This document shows positions 63,310 to 64,000 of a stretch of 64,000 nt of DNA, piece after piece. The stretch comes from Octopus sinensis (lineage: Eukaryota). How positions within the stretch are numbered: position 1 is the stretch's first letter; each line of letters opens with the position of its first letter. A program made the position numbers and the translations under genes. The stretch covers positions 53,444,001 to 53,508,000 of the forward strand of contig NC_043008.1 of the NCBI RefSeq assembly GCF_006345805.1. The letters are read 5' to 3'. The notes below the pieces were generated by a model. It searched no databases. It was not told the DNA's origin and saw only the letters and a program-made list of their open reading frames with translations.

Positions 63310-63785
63310 CACTTTCACTTTGATCACTTTGACCGACCAGTCCGTCAGGCGTCCATTTGACACCGCTGGTCACAGCACGCTGTCTACTCCTCTCTGGATC
63401 GCGCCTTTCTCATCCACGTGATCCCAATCGTCCTCTTGAAATCGTCACTCCACCGTCGTGGAGGTCTTTTCCGCTCACGCGGGTACCACGTCAGGTCGCT
63501 CTAGAGTGCTACTGGTAACATGTAATCCAGTACAACCTGTTGCATGGTCGGGACGTCGGCGACTAAACTGACAACCCCACCAGGTTCGCTTGGTGAGGAG
63601 GGTGTTGTTGGACTCCCTGTGGGATGGAAAAATAAGACCCAACAAAGGGCGGATGAACTCCTGAAGAGTCATCCAACAAAATACCGGCCTGCCCGCCCAG
63701 CCAGTGGAATGGCGTCATCTTATGGCTAAAACAGCGCGAAGAACGAAGAGGAAAGGAAAAGGGCCTCAGTACCCTGCACGTCAAC
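63310..63785. mobile_element. RTE LINE derivative: 3' end on minus strand joined to 5' UTR/ORF start on plus strand
   Basis: Minus 63495-63310 encodes TWYPRERKRPPRRWSDDFKRTIGITWMRKARSRE, then an (AAAGTG)-like tail. Plus 63495-63785 ends in GLSTLHVN (resembles the APE start). ACATACATATA flanks both sides (63298-63308, 63784-63794). Confidence 0.65.
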
Positions 63786-63858
63786 ATACATATAATAGTT
63801 TATATAAATATATAGTTTATATACATATATATACGTATAGCCATATTTTATATACGCA

Positions 63859-63974
63859 ACTCTGATGAAGTGCCACTCTAATGTCTAAGACCGCAAATAT
63901 TACGGTAATTCTCCCTTCGAATTCTTGCGTAAACTTGCATTAAAAGTAGAGTTAATACAGAAACAATTGTAAGT
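63859..63974 (+). ncRNA. Type I hammerhead motif with ~90-nt structured stem II
   Basis: ACT CTGATGA A GTG CC ACTCTA..TAGAGT TAA TAC A GAAAC AATT GT A AGT. Confidence 0.65.
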
Positions 63975-64000
63975 AATATTAAAGCTGTTTTAAACTGTTT

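Noticed and set aside
63650-63685. CTGAAGAG within the GGATG..CATCC hairpin
   Set aside because: The motif sits in the loop/stem of a simple hairpin with no GAAA partner; not an HHR.

Overview
AT-rich, microsatellite-dense eukaryotic intergenic or intronic DNA. The SINE complement and (TA)n/(CATA)n/(TAA)n load suggest a coleoid cephalopod such as Octopus; this is inference from repeat style and is not database-verified. No host protein-coding exon could be supported, and almost all ORFs in the supplied track are translations of simple repeats. The window contains at least four tRNA-derived SINE types, including two SINE-derived tandem arrays with target-site duplications (TSDs). It also holds decayed Tc1/mariner/maT transposons, a Helitron RepHel remnant plus two non-autonomous Helitrons, RTE and R4/Dong-like LINE fragments, and Penelope-like element (PLE) remnants. 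The most striking signal is about 13 type-I hammerhead ribozyme (HHR) motifs from several unrelated repeat families. These include (i) a ~900-bp near-perfect palindrome (48912-49811) carrying a complete HHR on each strand, (ii) a tRNA-headed SINE with an HHR-bearing tail and an inverted tail copy at its 5' end (46329-46735), and (iii) a 407-bp foldback with two HHRs (59582-59988). Together they suggest a set of non-autonomous ribozyme-bearing retroelements that depend on PLEs.
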